This document shows, in pieces, positions 17,528 to 27,889 of a stretch of 64,000 nucleotides of DNA. The notes under the pieces are model-generated. The model searched no databases, had not been told where the DNA came from, and saw nothing but the letters and a program-made list of their open reading frames with translations. The stretch is from Promethearchaeati archaeon SRVP18_Atabeyarchaeia-1 (GTDB lineage: Archaea; Asgardarchaeota; Atabeyarchaeia; Atabeyarchaeales; Atabeyarchaeaceae), in NCBI GenBank assembly GCA_037308085.1, contig CP147779.1, positions 486,184-550,183 on the forward strand, in the 5' to 3' direction. Position numbers and translations under genes: made by a program. Positions within the stretch are counted from its first letter, which is position 1, and each line of letters starts with the position of its first letter.

Positions 17528-17944
17528 CTACTTCTTTTCGCTTGACTCCTTGACAAGCTTTGCGTAGGCCTTAGAGTTGAGTAGTTTGGCTTTGTCTGCA
17601 CCTACATCGGAGGACTTGATCTTTATGATCCACCCTTCTCCATAGGGATCCTCGTTGACCTTTTCTGGGGAATTCTCTAGCTCGCTGTTGATCTCTTCCA
17701 CCACTCCAGACATTGGCGCGTAGAGTTCAGATACCGCCTTGACCGATTCTATAGAACCAAACTCTGATCCCTGAGTCACTTGAGTTCCTTGCTTCGGTAG
17801 TTCAACGTACACTATGTCCCTCAAAGACTTCTGCGCGTAGTCTGTGATCCCCACTGTTACGAGATCCTCTTCGATCTTGGCATATTCATGATCCTTGGTA
17901 TACATCAACTCATCCGGAATATTGTAATCGCCAACCTTGACCAA
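17528..17944 (-). CDS. gcvH: Glycine cleavage system H protein (lipoyl carrier)
   Basis: YTKDHEYAKIE...VGITDYAQ..L.DIVYVELP..G......FGSIESVKAVSELYAPMSG.V.E.N..L...PE.VNEDPYGEGW, with the lipoyl-Lys in ESVKA. Confidence 0.85.
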   Translation of the reverse strand: MVKVGDYNIPDELMYTKDHEYAKIEEDLVTVGITDYAQKSLRDIVYVELPKQGTQVTQGSEFGSIESVKAVSELYAPMSGVVEEINSELENSPEKVNEDPYGEGWIIKIKSSDVGADKAKLLNSKAYAKLVKESSEKK

Positions 17945-18136
17945 GAGAAATACACTCCATAATTTCTAGATCGGAAAATATTGTGCTGAAATTTCACGTG
18001 TGCCAATAAACGCGGAGTGGGTATATAAGTCTAGCCATTTCATGCATCTAAGCCGAGAGTAGTTGACTCACGTTCAGTAGCCAGCTCTTCTCGAACGGAT
18101 TCCCATGCTCGGGATTTCAGTCCTTCTAGGCTCATT

Positions 18137-19474
18137 TCATGAGAACCCGCCAGAATCCGCCGTGCAACCTTCTCGAAGCTTGCTCTTAATGAGCCCCGCT
18201 ATCTCCTCTATCTTCATCTCCCACTCCTCTCTCTTCTCCATTGATCTCAGCTTGAGGACGCCCCTGCCTAATTCAGCTGGACCCACTATGACTACATATG
18301 GTATTCCAAGGGAGTCAGCATATTTCAACTGCCTCGCGATCTTCCTCTCCCCAATAAGGTCTGTCCTTACATGCAATCCTGACCTTCTGAGCTCCTGGGC
18401 TATTTTCAGAGCCTGTAGACTGGTCTTGTCGTCTACTGCGGAGACAAGGACCATTGTCTTGGTTCTTGGAAGTGAAACCATCTTGAGTTCTTTCATCACA
18501 TCGATGATTCTCTCAAGCCCGAAAGATATCCCCGTAGCCTCGACACTGACCCCGCCCAGGCTTCCAATCAGATCGTCGTATCTTCCTCCCCCCGATAAAC
18601 TACCGATCTTGGGCTCCGTCACGACTATTTCGTAGATCGGGCCGGTATAGTAGTCCAATCCCCTCGACAGACCAAGATCAACGGCGTAGGTCTTCTCGTC
18701 AACGCCCAGGTCAGCCAAGATGCCTATGAGTTCCCTTAGTTCCTCTACCCCCTCTGCTCCTGATGCATAGCCTCTCACGTTCTCTGCCACAGAGTCTAAC
18801 ACCTGAGATGGGTTGCCCTCGATCCTTACTAGTTCAAGGATTTTCTGGATCGAGTCGCTCGGGAATCCGCTTTCCTTCATGTTCCGCGCGAAACCTTCCA
18901 CGCCTATTTTGTCAGCTTTGTCCAAATTCCGCAAGACTTCGATTCTTCTGTTTTCATTGATACCCGCGAAGTCGCACATGGCGTCGAGTATCTTCCTGTT
19001 GTTTATCCTGATCCTAAAGTCTTTGAACCCTAATGTGCTGAAGACATCGACTGCCAGCATGATGAGCTCGGCATCAGCCAACATGCTCTTTGAGCCAACG
19101 ATATCGACGTCACATTGCCAAAACTCCCTATACCTTCCCTTCTGAGGGTTGTCATACCTCCAGACCCTTGAGATCTGGTACCTCTTGAAGGGTTTAGGCA
19201 GATGGGGATTCGATGCCATAACCCTGGAAAGAGGTACAGTCAAATCATATCTTAACGCCAGATCCCTTCCACCCCGGTCCTTGAATTCATAGATCAGCCT
19301 CTCCTCTTCGCCATATTTGCCCTTTAGCACCTCACCAAACTCAATCACGGGGGTCTCCATCGGGTCATACCCATATTCCTCAAAAACCCTTCTTATTGCC
19401 CCTATCACGTACTCCCTCACAATCATTTCTTCTGGCAAGAAGTCCCTCGTCCCTATAGGAGTCCTCAGCGCCAT
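18137..19474 (-). CDS. hisS: Histidyl-tRNA synthetase
   Basis: MALRTPIGTRDFLPEEM...RYDLTVPLSR...FKRYQISRVWRYDNPQKGRYREFWQCDVDIVG...GGGRYD, plus a C-terminal anticodon-binding domain. Start set at MALRT. Confidence 0.9.
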   Translation of the reverse strand: MALRTPIGTRDFLPEEMIVREYVIGAIRRVFEEYGYDPMETPVIEFGEVLKGKYGEEERLIYEFKDRGGRDLALRYDLTVPLSRVMASNPHLPKPFKRYQISRVWRYDNPQKGRYREFWQCDVDIVGSKSMLADAELIMLAVDVFSTLGFKDFRIRINNRKILDAMCDFAGINENRRIEVLRNLDKADKIGVEGFARNMKESGFPSDSIQKILELVRIEGNPSQVLDSVAENVRGYASGAEGVEELRELIGILADLGVDEKTYAVDLGLSRGLDYYTGPIYEIVVTEPKIGSLSGGGRYDDLIGSLGGVSVEATGISFGLERIIDVMKELKMVSLPRTKTMVLVSAVDDKTSLQALKIAQELRRSGLHVRTDLIGERKIARQLKYADSLGIPYVVIVGPAELGRGVLKLRSMEKREEWEMKIEEIAGLIKSKLREGCTADSGGFS

Positions 19475-19733
19475 TTTCTTCTTCCTTTCTCCAGCATTGT
19501 TGTCTTTCAAGGAAAAAACCCCACTTATCGCCACTTCGATCACGCGGCGAAGTGTCAGGAAAACCAGGGATCTGAGAAGCAGAGGCTCTCATTAATTTGA
19601 AACGAACGGTTTCTAACACAACTAAGATAAGTGTTTCCTCCCTTCTAAAACCTATGGGGAAAGTTGCTTCAAAGCCCTATCTGACTGTCCACCGACAGTC
19701 GCTAAGGCTAATGCCCCGTGAGGTAAAACACCA

Positions 19734-21431
19734 ATGACGAAGAAATTTGTTGTGGACACGTCTGCCGTTATTAGCGGAATGCTCTCAAGCATGATCAGCA
19801 GCGGAGGATTGGACAAGGATTCTAATGAACCACCTGAAATCCTTGTCCCGAAAACCGTCCTCGCAGATATTGAGCATCAATCAAACATGGGAAGAGCCTC
19901 TGGCCCAGTGGGTCTCGGTGAATTAAAGAAGCTACGAGAACTATCAGACCAAGGGCGGATTAGCCTGCAATTAGTGGGAGAAAGACCAACCCTTGAACAA
20001 ATCAGGGCGAGCGGAGGTGGAGAGTTGGATGAAGCCGTTCGAAACCAAGCTCGACTCAGCAATGCAACGCTTATTACAAGTGACACAGTTCAAGCCTCGA
20101 TGGCTCAAGTGGAAGGGATGCCAACCCGCTACATGGAGCCTACATGTGCCGCAAGGCTCGCAATCGAGAATTACTTTTCCTCCGACACCATGTCAGTCCA
20201 CCTAAAGGAGAACGCTGCACCTCTCGCAAAAAGGGGGAGACCAGGCAACTGGAAACTGGTCAAGGTCTCTGAAGAGGTGATGACGAAAGACAAGCTCGAA
20301 GCAATAGCCCTCGAGACCATCGACAGAGCCAGGTCAGCCCCTAACTGCTTCGTGGAAATAGATGAACCCGGCGCAACGGTAATCCAGGCAGGTGAATACC
20401 GGATTGCCATAGCGAGACCGCCATTCTCAGATGGGCTTGAGATCACCGCTGTCCACCCTCTGCTCAAAGTCAGCTTCGACGATTATGCACTCCCAGAGCA
20501 GCTCAAACAAAGGCTGGAAAAGCGGGCTGAGGGTGTTTTGGTGGCAGGACCACCAGGCGCCGGAAAAACCACCTTCGCAAGCGCGCTCGCAGAGTTCTAC
20601 TGGAAAAAGGGGAAGATAGTCAAGACGATCGAGAAACCAAGAGATCTGCAAGTACCAGACGAGGTTACGCAGTACACCGCACTAGACGGCAAAATAGAGA
20701 AGACCGCAAACCTCCTCCTTCTAGTCAGACCCGACTACTGCATCTATGACGAGCTGAGAAACGAAGAGGACTTCAAGATCTATGTGGATCTAAGACTCGC
20801 AGGAGTAGGAATGGTTGGCGTCGTCCACTCATCCAGTGCTATAGACGCGATACAAAGGATCCTCAATAGAGTAAGCCTGGGTCAGCTCTGCCAAGTAGTC
20901 GACACGGCCATATTCATAAAAGACGGCGGAATCAACAAAGTCTACAGCACACAAATCAAGGTACGCGTCCCTTCAGGCATGAGGGAGGCCGACCTAGCAA
21001 GGCCAGTAGTTGAAATAAAGGATTTCCTTACAAATTCAATAGAGTACGAGATCTACACCTTCAGCGACCAAGTAATAGTCGTACCAATCAAGCCAAAGGA
21101 GCCAAATAGACCCCCCGAAAGGAGACCCGTACAGAAAGCCTTCGACCGCAGAAGAGTCGCTGACCACAGATTCGGCCGAGACGAAATGATAGCAGGCGTA
21201 GCAGAAGGTTACAGGATCCCCACCCAAGTCCGGTTCTCCAACAACCGGATCACTATTACTGTTGAGCCAGTCTTCTCCAACAAGAACCTGAAGATCTATG
21301 CAGACGACAGGCTCCTCTTCTCAAGTGAGACCGATAGTCAAGGATCCATAAGCATCAGAAAAGACGTACCTACTGGCGAGAAGCTTCTAAAAGCGCTAAG
21401 GGAGAACGCCAACATATACGCCATGCTTTGA
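19734..21431 (+). CDS. PIN-domain plus P-loop ATPase (COG1855-type, PilT-family ATPase with KH-like C-terminus)
   Basis: N-terminal PIN-like segment (FVVDTSAVISG...). Walker A VLVAGPPGAGKTTFA. Walker B-like CIYDELRN. Confidence 0.7.
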   Translation: MTKKFVVDTSAVISGMLSSMISSGGLDKDSNEPPEILVPKTVLADIEHQSNMGRASGPVGLGELKKLRELSDQGRISLQLVGERPTLEQIRASGGGELDEAVRNQARLSNATLITSDTVQASMAQVEGMPTRYMEPTCAARLAIENYFSSDTMSVHLKENAAPLAKRGRPGNWKLVKVSEEVMTKDKLEAIALETIDRARSAPNCFVEIDEPGATVIQAGEYRIAIARPPFSDGLEITAVHPLLKVSFDDYALPEQLKQRLEKRAEGVLVAGPPGAGKTTFASALAEFYWKKGKIVKTIEKPRDLQVPDEVTQYTALDGKIEKTANLLLLVRPDYCIYDELRNEEDFKIYVDLRLAGVGMVGVVHSSSAIDAIQRILNRVSLGQLCQVVDTAIFIKDGGINKVYSTQIKVRVPSGMREADLARPVVEIKDFLTNSIEYEIYTFSDQVIVVPIKPKEPNRPPERRPVQKAFDRRRVADHRFGRDEMIAGVAEGYRIPTQVRFSNNRITITVEPVFSNKNLKIYADDRLLFSSETDSQGSISIRKDVPTGEKLLKALRENANIYAML

Positions 21432-21516
21432 AAAAGGAACCTCAGCCATGGACGATAAAGTTAAAATCCATTGACCGACCCTTCTGGCATCAGCAACTGC
21501 ACACACCAGCACCGCA

Positions 21517-21621
21517 GGGCCCGTGGCCTAGTCAGGATAGGGCGCCAGCCTCCTAACTCATTTCTCCCCGCAAACCGGAGAGAGCTGGTGGTCGAGGGTT
21601 CAATTCCCTCCGGGCCCGCCA
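21517..21621 (+). tRNA. tRNA-Arg(CCU) with canonical 37/38 intron (27 nt) and encoded CCA
   Basis: Acceptor GGGCCCG/CGGGCCC. Anticodon arm CCAGC-CTCCTA|intron|A-GCTGG. BHB: central helix CTCC/GGAG with bulges TAA and AGA. T arm GAGGG-TTCAATT-CCCTC. Confidence 0.9.
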
Positions 21622-21663
21622 CAACCACATATCAAGCCCTCACATGCGCTTTTCTTATGTAAC

Positions 21664-22188
21664 ATGTCTCCTTCTCACTCCGCCACCCCGAATATCTCAC
21701 ACCGCAAAGGATTCTACAAGATCCACATGGACAAACGCCAGAAAGAAATCTACGGCAGAAAACTAAAAGGAACAAACTACATGTTGCACTTGGGTCCAGA
21801 GCTGTTCAACAAAATGATGAGGAACCACACGAATAGCATGCAAAGGAAACGATGGGTCCCTTGTGAAAGAGAAGAGAGGATACGGAGAGCGAAAGAAGCT
21901 TGCACACTCGAGGAAGCTCGAAAAAGGACCAGATTACAGTACGAATGGAGGACGCTGACAAAGGAAGGGTTAGAAGAAGAGGTTCGGCAAATGCCGCTAA
22001 AGGAGATCGCAGGCAAATACAACGTGTCACAAACCCCCACCGTGGCGAGGAAATGCAGGAAACTCGGAATTCCGATACCAGAACGCGGTTACTGGACGAA
22101 GGTCTACTGGTCAAGAGTCAAATCGTTGGAAAGGAATAAGATAGAAAAAGGCGTCCAGCGAGAAAGTGAAACGAACTATCGTAATTGA
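21664..22188 (+). CDS. Hypothetical basic protein with HTH-like segment
   Basis: 174-aa Lys/Arg-rich ORF directly downstream of tRNA-Arg. Contains LKEIAGKYNVSQTPTVARKCRKLGIPIPERGYW. No family recognised. Confidence 0.35.
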   Translation: MSPSHSATPNISHRKGFYKIHMDKRQKEIYGRKLKGTNYMLHLGPELFNKMMRNHTNSMQRKRWVPCEREERIRRAKEACTLEEARKRTRLQYEWRTLTKEGLEEEVRQMPLKEIAGKYNVSQTPTVARKCRKLGIPIPERGYWTKVYWSRVKSLERNKIEKGVQRESETNYRN

Positions 22189-22715
22189 TAACGAGCGATG
22201 AAATAGATTACAGAAAAGGAGCGCCCTGGGCGGGACTACCGGGGATCATCGCGTGTTGTTCTTGGTTTTTGGGTGATTCCACTCGAACCCGCGTCCTAGG
22301 TTTTGTCCCTCTGCGTTGGGTGTGACAGACCTAGATGTTAACCGCCTCGTGGCCGTCTCACGGTGTGTGAGGAGGCTTGCACCACCAGGGCACCCTGCTT
22401 GCTGCTAGTACTACGTTTGTATGTCTTTTATTCTTTTTGAGGGTTGTTGCTCCTTGTCGGGGTGACATGCTTACCGGAACGAGTATTCTTGGAACGGAGG
22501 TCATCAAGCAGTCAGCGAACTTCGAGTCCAGGCTTCAGACTGGCTCAGGCAAGATCATGCATCTTCAAGAGTCGGTAGGAAAAGGGTTTGGCAAACAGGA
22601 ACGGCTCTTTCTGGAAAAGCGTGACGGTCACGTATCGACAAATGGAAGACATAGAACACGCCAAAATATATTTCTTGGATGCGCTCCTATTGTCTATGAG
22701 TTGGAGCGGACGCAG

Positions 22716-23930
22716 ATGGATGTTAACGATGTTGAAACTATAACTGTACTCGGCGCAGGTCACATGGGCCTGGCAATTGCGCAGGTCATCGCAATGTCAG
22801 GGTACCAAGTCAATCTAAGAGACTTGAACAAGGAAATACTTGACAGAAACATAGGTAGGATAAGATATATCCTTACAAGGTACGCCGAGAAAGGGGAGTA
22901 CCCAAAGAACAACATCGAACCCACTATGAAGAGAATAAAGCCCTTCACAGATTTGAAAGAGTCGACCAGAAACTCCCAGTACGTTATTGAGACCGTTCCA
23001 GAGCAACTCGAACTCAAACAGAAAGTCTTCAAAGATGTAGAGAAACTCGTCCCAGAGGACGTGATAATCTCAACCAACACGAGCGCCCTTCCCATAACAG
23101 AGATTCAGAGAGGAGCAAAGAAACCAAACAGAATCGTGGGAACACACTTTTTCAACCCACCTCAAAGAATCAAGCTAATTGAGATAGTATACGGCGCAAA
23201 GACAAGCGACGAAACTGTGAACTTCACACTGAAGCTCATGAAGAAAATAGATAGGGATCCAGTCGTGTGCAGGAAGGACATTCCAGGGTTCTTAGCTAAC
23301 AGAACAGTAACTACAATGCTGAATTTCTCGTCGTGGCTCGTAGATGCAGGCGAGTTCACATGCTCAGAGATAGACTCCGCCTTCCACTACAGGCTCGGAC
23401 AGCCAATGGGCACATTCGGCCTAAACGACTTCTTAGGATTAAGGACGACCTACTCAGTGCAGAAATTCATAGAGCAGAGAGAGCCGGAGTGCAAAGTTCC
23501 ACCAATGTGGGAGGAATTGGTGAAATCCGGGCACAACGGCGTCGACACTGGAAAAGGGTTCTACGAGTACCCCGACAAAGTCTGGAGAAAGCCCGAATCG
23601 TGGAGCGAGAAGATAGCAGACAGATACAACCCCAATTGGTCAATGCTCGTCGGAATAAACAGAATGGCACAAATCATAAACGACGGAGCGGCAACAACGG
23701 AAGAAGTTGACAAGGCAGTGAAAATCGGCTACCTAATGCCAGTCGGCTTACTGGAACTCGCTGATCAAATGGGCATAGACAACGTAGTAAAAGAGCTCGA
23801 AGCCTTGAAGAAGAGATTCGGAAGAATCGAAAGCATGAACTACATGCTAGAGCCGAATCCCCTCCTCAGAGAAAAAGTGAGGAAAGGAGAGTTAGGGTAC
23901 AAAACAAAGAAGGGATTCTACAAACACTAA
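22716..23930 (+). CDS. 3-hydroxyacyl-CoA dehydrogenase family protein
   Basis: Rossmann motif ITVLGAGHMGLAIAQVIA. Also IETVPE.LELK..VF......V..D.IISTNTSAL.I and GTHFFNPP. The 113 codons upstream in the ORF track have no family signal and overlap a structured GC-rich spacer. Confidence 0.8.
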   Translation: MDVNDVETITVLGAGHMGLAIAQVIAMSGYQVNLRDLNKEILDRNIGRIRYILTRYAEKGEYPKNNIEPTMKRIKPFTDLKESTRNSQYVIETVPEQLELKQKVFKDVEKLVPEDVIISTNTSALPITEIQRGAKKPNRIVGTHFFNPPQRIKLIEIVYGAKTSDETVNFTLKLMKKIDRDPVVCRKDIPGFLANRTVTTMLNFSSWLVDAGEFTCSEIDSAFHYRLGQPMGTFGLNDFLGLRTTYSVQKFIEQREPECKVPPMWEELVKSGHNGVDTGKGFYEYPDKVWRKPESWSEKIADRYNPNWSMLVGINRMAQIINDGAATTEEVDKAVKIGYLMPVGLLELADQMGIDNVVKELEALKKRFGRIESMNYMLEPNPLLREKVRKGELGYKTKKGFYKH

Positions 23931-24194
23931 CCAAATGATAATCGTCGTTGCCTTTCTCTTAAGATATTGGCTTGCCCCCCGTGATTTCGCGTGGACACAT
24001 TTCAGATGCTTTGCTTGGACTACCACAACTTCTTCACAGATGATCTGTGGGCCACTCAGCCATCCACCACAAATTCACGACCGCCAATTAAGTGTAGACC
24101 GACGACCATCCCGAGAATCAAGAAGAATGTCCAATTCATTATTCGTCTAATCCATCTTCAAACGGATTCGGGAATGACCTAGTCCGAAGCCTTA

Positions 24195-24380
24195 GGGGTT
24201 TCGAGCTCGAGCCTAAAGCACTTAGAAAGTGCGGGGAACTCAGAGTTCATAAGGAAGATCGCTTTGTCAGTTGCAGAAGTGCTCAAGAACGAGAGGCCCA
24301 TAAACCGACAATTTCGGGGATACGGAAAAGACTAGAACCCCAAATATGCCGGTCTACAGACCTGCAGCCTTCTTATCTTC
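24195..24380 (+). repeat. Island repeat copy A (long form)
   Basis: 5' block TCGAGCTCGAGCCTAAAGCA. Middle AGAGTTCATAAGGAAGATCGCTTTGTCAGTTGCAGAA. Core GGAAAAGACTAGAACC (24324-24339). Then TCTACAGACCTGCA and a pyrimidine tail. Confidence 0.7.
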
Positions 24381-24959
24381 GGGGCCGGAAATCGCTTCTC
24401 TCAACAAGCCATTGTACCTCGATTCCAGTGGTCTTTGTAGAAGAATAGGATCATGTCGTTCCAGTAGTTGCCAATGGCTGCAACTTAAGGACGCGGGCTA
24501 CGAAAAGAAAAAAAAGGAGAGCAATCAAGCAGATAATCTGATCTATTATCCTTATCCTGCTAGTCGACTACCGTAGGTGTTCCTTGACTTAGCTCACTGC
24601 TTCGCCTGCTTTGTGCGCTGCGTGGCCCACTGCCTTGCCAGTCTTCTTCCCCGCTTTCTTCACTGCTTTGCCTGTCTTCTTCGTCGTCGACTTGGTCTTT
24701 CTAGATACCTTCTTAGCCTTCTTCCCAAATCCAAATGGGCTCGTTCTTGATCACCTAACATGAGTATATCTGCCCTCAAGCAGATAAGGCTATGGAGTCA
24801 GCTATCCACCGATGAAGCTTGTGGACCTGCAACTCAGGATATTATTTTATTGCCTATCCAGAATACCGTGCGCCTAAGTCAATCTCGTGTTGCCCTTCTC
24901 AGCTTCAGACAGATGAAAATCTCACATATATTGCCTGCGACCGTAGTTTCGTGAAGTTG

Positions 24960-25020
24960 AACTAGGGAAAAGACTAGAACCACAAGAATCTGTCCTTTTA
25001 GACCCACATACTTCTTTTTT
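24960..25020 (+). repeat. Island repeat copy B (short form)
   Basis: GGGAAAAGACTAGAACCACAAGAATCTGTCCTTTTAGACCCACATACTTCTTTTTT. Confidence 0.7.
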
Positions 25021-25423
25021 GGCGACTAATCCCCGGGCAGAGTCGGTGATACAGCCTTCTCTCAAAAATCGGACAGCATTCAAAGGCAGTTTTTTATAAG
25101 TGGTTCAAGTCTCACGGGCTGGTCGCAGGCATTCTTCCGTTTGTGATATCTGGCGCCAGATAATTCGTTGCGTGCGAACACGTTAAAATGTTCACGTGGC
25201 AAACCAGTGTCCTGATCGGACGAGTGGTGTAAGGTCGAAATGGGCGCAAAAAACGAGAAAGGAAGCGAAAACGTTGCCCCTCCCGCGCCTGCCATCAAGA
25301 AGGGGAGCGAAACGGTGAGAAAGAAGAAGCAAATAAAGCGGACTCTGGAAAAGATAAAGGAACCCTACCCTAGACACGAGAAAAAAATGAAGTATTCTAG
25401 TAATTGCTTCATTTACCGGGCGC

Positions 25424-25741
25424 CTATTTCTTCATTTCCTTTTGCTTCAGCTTCTTATCCCGGTTCGCGACGTATGCGTCTGCCGCCTTCTTATTAAGCT
25501 TACGAAGCTCCGTGGCTATAAGGTCAGACAGTTTTGCCGTAGTGACGTCTACCATGTTAGCTACTTTCTTGGCGATATCTTTGGCTACCTGTGCTGCCTG
25601 TTTGGCCGTCGCGCCGGCTTTCTCAACTGCAGCCACAATCTTGGATTCTGAGAATTCCTCTATTCTTCCATCTCTCTTCTTCACTTTCACCATGTCAACC
25701 ATATCCTTGCTTGACTGCTCTTGTAAGAGAAAGGGTTGCAT
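25424..25741 (-). CDS. Stand-alone ATP-cone domain protein
   Basis: VKVKKRDGRIEEFSESKIVAAVEKAGATAKQAAQVAKDI...V....L.DLI...L matches the ATP-cone pattern seen at NrdR and RNR N-termini. Confidence 0.55.
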   Translation of the reverse strand: MQPFLLQEQSSKDMVDMVKVKKRDGRIEEFSESKIVAAVEKAGATAKQAAQVAKDIAKKVANMVDVTTAKLSDLIATELRKLNKKAADAYVANRDKKLKQKEMKK

Positions 25742-25927
25742 TAAATACCTTGTGCCAACAGAGAACCTCTCACTAAAGAACTGAAGAGGTCGCCATTACT
25801 ACAGGCATGTCTGCCCCCGCATGGAACAGAATCGAACCCACTACGCCGTCGATCTTCCGCATGACCCTCCCCCAAAACGCTAGGCCAAGCAAGAAGAATA
25901 TCGGCAAGAGGACACTTCCAGCCAAGA

Positions 25928-26206
25928 ATGAATGAAGAGTTTGGGCGCCCGTACACTCTGCTTGGAGTCAAGTTTGGCCCAGGACTAATCATCGCCTCCT
26001 TACCATTCGCATTCGCACACGTTTTGAATCCTTTCAATCCATTTGCCGGTCGCTTCGATCTAGCCCCGTGGTGGGGTCTATTCACCTTCTTTGTCGGACT
26101 ATTCTTCGGACTCATCAGGGAAAAAACAGGTAGCATACTGGCATCAGGAATAGCGCACCGGCTCTCAGATGCAGTGGGACAAGGATCTATGCTCGCCTTC
26201 TCCTAG
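25928..26206 (+). pseudogene. Short CPBP (CAAX/Abi) intramembrane protease-like fragment
   Basis: 92 aa with EEFGR, FAFAH and GIAHRLSD motif remnants. Only about 2-3 helices, with no upstream continuation (a stop lies at 25862). Confidence 0.4.
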
Positions 26207-26360
26207 CAACACAAAGTTCCTTATTGCTCCATAGGGCCACATTCTTCAATTTGACCACCGGTACGTAGTCTTAGCGCTCATACTGGTGATCGCATGTATT
26301 TCAATGCTAAGGGATAACAGAGGTGCCCAAGACCGAGGTAGGTTGCAGCTGAGTTCCTGT

Positions 26361-27308
26361 TCAGGTCATGACGCCTATAGCGAAGAATGTGAAAATGAAG
26401 GCGTCTTGGACGAAGTGGATTGTCCATGCCCAGAAGAACCCCTTGGTCTCCAGCAGGCTCTTGCCTAGGAACCATCCCAGAAAGGTCGAAAGAATGACAC
26501 CTATTATGCTATTTGGTACACCATAGAAGTGACCGAGCCCAAAGTAAATGGCGGTGATTAAGAGTGCCTGGTGCTTGCCAAGGACTTTCCAGAGTTCCGA
26601 GAGGGGCGCAGCCCTTAATGTGAATTCCTCGTTAAATGCGTTAATCGCAGCGATCAGCACGGCAACCGGAATCAAAGGTAGTCCATTTACGAAGTCATTC
26701 AACGTAGGCCTTGTTGCCATAAACAGGTAAGCGAGCGTAACTACGCTAAAGACTACCGCAAAAATAGATCCTATCTTGACCCACGTATCTGTTTCCTTGC
26801 TGTTAATTAGCTTGGACGGCTCAACAGGCGCATTGATTTTGCCCTTGATGAGGAAGAAGTCTGGGCGTCGGCGTCCCAACAGCACCAGAAACACAATTAT
26901 GATCAATGCGGGCGTGAGTCTTAGAAGATGAATTCCGACTGACAAGGGCGTCTGATTCTGCAACACTGGGCCCAGGGAACTATCGCGAACGACAAGGAGC
27001 AAACCCCAATTCCAGCCACCTCCGTACCCGCACAAGAATATTATCAGTAGGATCACGAGAAATGGTCTAAGCGGCCGCAACGATGAGGAAGCAAAGGCAA
27101 GAGCAAGCAGTACTATCAGCCCGACAGTTGGCACCCACGGCCACCAATCCATAACCCCGGGCGCAACTGAGTTCCAGAAAACTACTGCAAGAGTACTCAC
27201 AAGCAATGTCGCTACCCAAGCGACAACAAGTGAGCCCCGATTTGGAGTTATATCTGCTTTCTCGACTTGCTTCTTCATCATATTCTCCACTATGAAGGGG
27301 TCCTCCAT
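26361..27308 (-). CDS. CPBP-family intramembrane metalloprotease (CAAX protease / Abi)
   Basis: Polytopic membrane protein carrying NEEFTLRAAP (EExxxR), AIYFGLGHFYG (FxxxH) and WTIHFVQD (HxxxD/N). Confidence 0.7.
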   Translation of the reverse strand: MEDPFIVENMMKKQVEKADITPNRGSLVVAWVATLLVSTLAVVFWNSVAPGVMDWWPWVPTVGLIVLLALAFASSSLRPLRPFLVILLIIFLCGYGGGWNWGLLLVVRDSSLGPVLQNQTPLSVGIHLLRLTPALIIIVFLVLLGRRRPDFFLIKGKINAPVEPSKLINSKETDTWVKIGSIFAVVFSVVTLAYLFMATRPTLNDFVNGLPLIPVAVLIAAINAFNEEFTLRAAPLSELWKVLGKHQALLITAIYFGLGHFYGVPNSIIGVILSTFLGWFLGKSLLETKGFFWAWTIHFVQDAFIFTFFAIGVMT

Positions 27309-27524
27309 GGATCTTGCTTGGGTGTCTTTATCTAGAGACTATTTAAAACTTGTCACAAGAATCAAGGCATCTAATGGCTTACTGGGTCTAGGCGTCCATC
27401 AGTCTCAATTGAGTCGGTTGTAGTGGCTTCTTCGGCGCGGGATCAAAAAGGGATCAGGTGTTTACCCGAAGTAACTAGCGAACTAATCATTCTTGGTGAG
27501 CTAGTCGCAGAACCAAGTCTGAGG

Positions 27525-27705
27525 GTCTTGAGATCGATCCTAAAGCAATGGTGCTGTGCGGGTACATAAGAGTTCGTGAGGACATTGGCTCTATCGGTAA
27601 GAGGGTGTTAGAGAAAGAGAGGTCTGGTAGGACACGAGTTCGGGGACACAGAAAAGACTAGAAGCACAAGAATCTATCCTTACAGACTTACATTCTTCTT
27701 TTTTT
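27525..27705 (+). repeat. Island repeat copy C (long form)
   Basis: GAGATCGATCCTAAAGCA...GTGCGGGTACATAAGAGTTCGTGAGGA...TTCGGGGACACAGAAAAGACTAGAAGCACAAGAATCTATCCTTACAGACTTACATTCTTCTTTTTTT. Confidence 0.7.
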
Positions 27706-27889
27706 GGTTTGATATCGTCTCCCTAGCAGATCGTGCAGTGAGCATGTGTGAAGAATGGAGTAGGAGCATAGTGTAACGGTAACTGCGGCGACCCACACTC
27801 AACAGCGTCCATTAATGCTAAATAGCGCCTTGTACTCAGTGCTTGCACTGCAACTATCCAGAAGAACGAAGGAGGAGAAGGGAAGAGGC

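Noticed and set aside
22215-22400. The GC-rich spacer could be SRP (7S) RNA.
   Set aside because: The conserved helix-8 motif (..GGAAGG.AGCA.. around a GNRA-type loop) is absent and the length is too short. It is kept only as an unassigned structured region.
24146-24170. A hairpin AATCC-ATCTTCAAAC-GGATT contains CTTCAAA, reminiscent of a tRNA-Sec anticodon loop.
   Set aside because: No acceptor, D, long variable or T arms can be built around it, and the stem next to the 7-nt loop does not pair.
24243-24335. The long forms of the island repeats translate to similar peptides (EFIRKIALSVAEVLKNERP..., EFMKKLALQVANASENEMP..., EFVRTLALSV...). This suggests 3' ends of a duplicated gene.
   Set aside because: Copies differ by indels that are not multiples of three. 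They contain stops just upstream in that frame and lack start codons. Nucleotide-level conservation explains the similarity better.
24600-24745. A minus-strand Lys-rich peptide (..FGFGKKAKKVSRKTKSTTKKTGKAVKKAGKKTGKAVGHAAHKAGEAVS) and a similar small + strand ORF at 8052-8180 (KAEEEKLGKEASDAVDRTKDKVRSAQGKSAKK...). Both might be CsbD- or LEA-like small proteins.
   Set aside because: The first has no start codon in frame. The second has only a GTG overlapping the upstream stop and no SD. Both are too short and too low in complexity to support.
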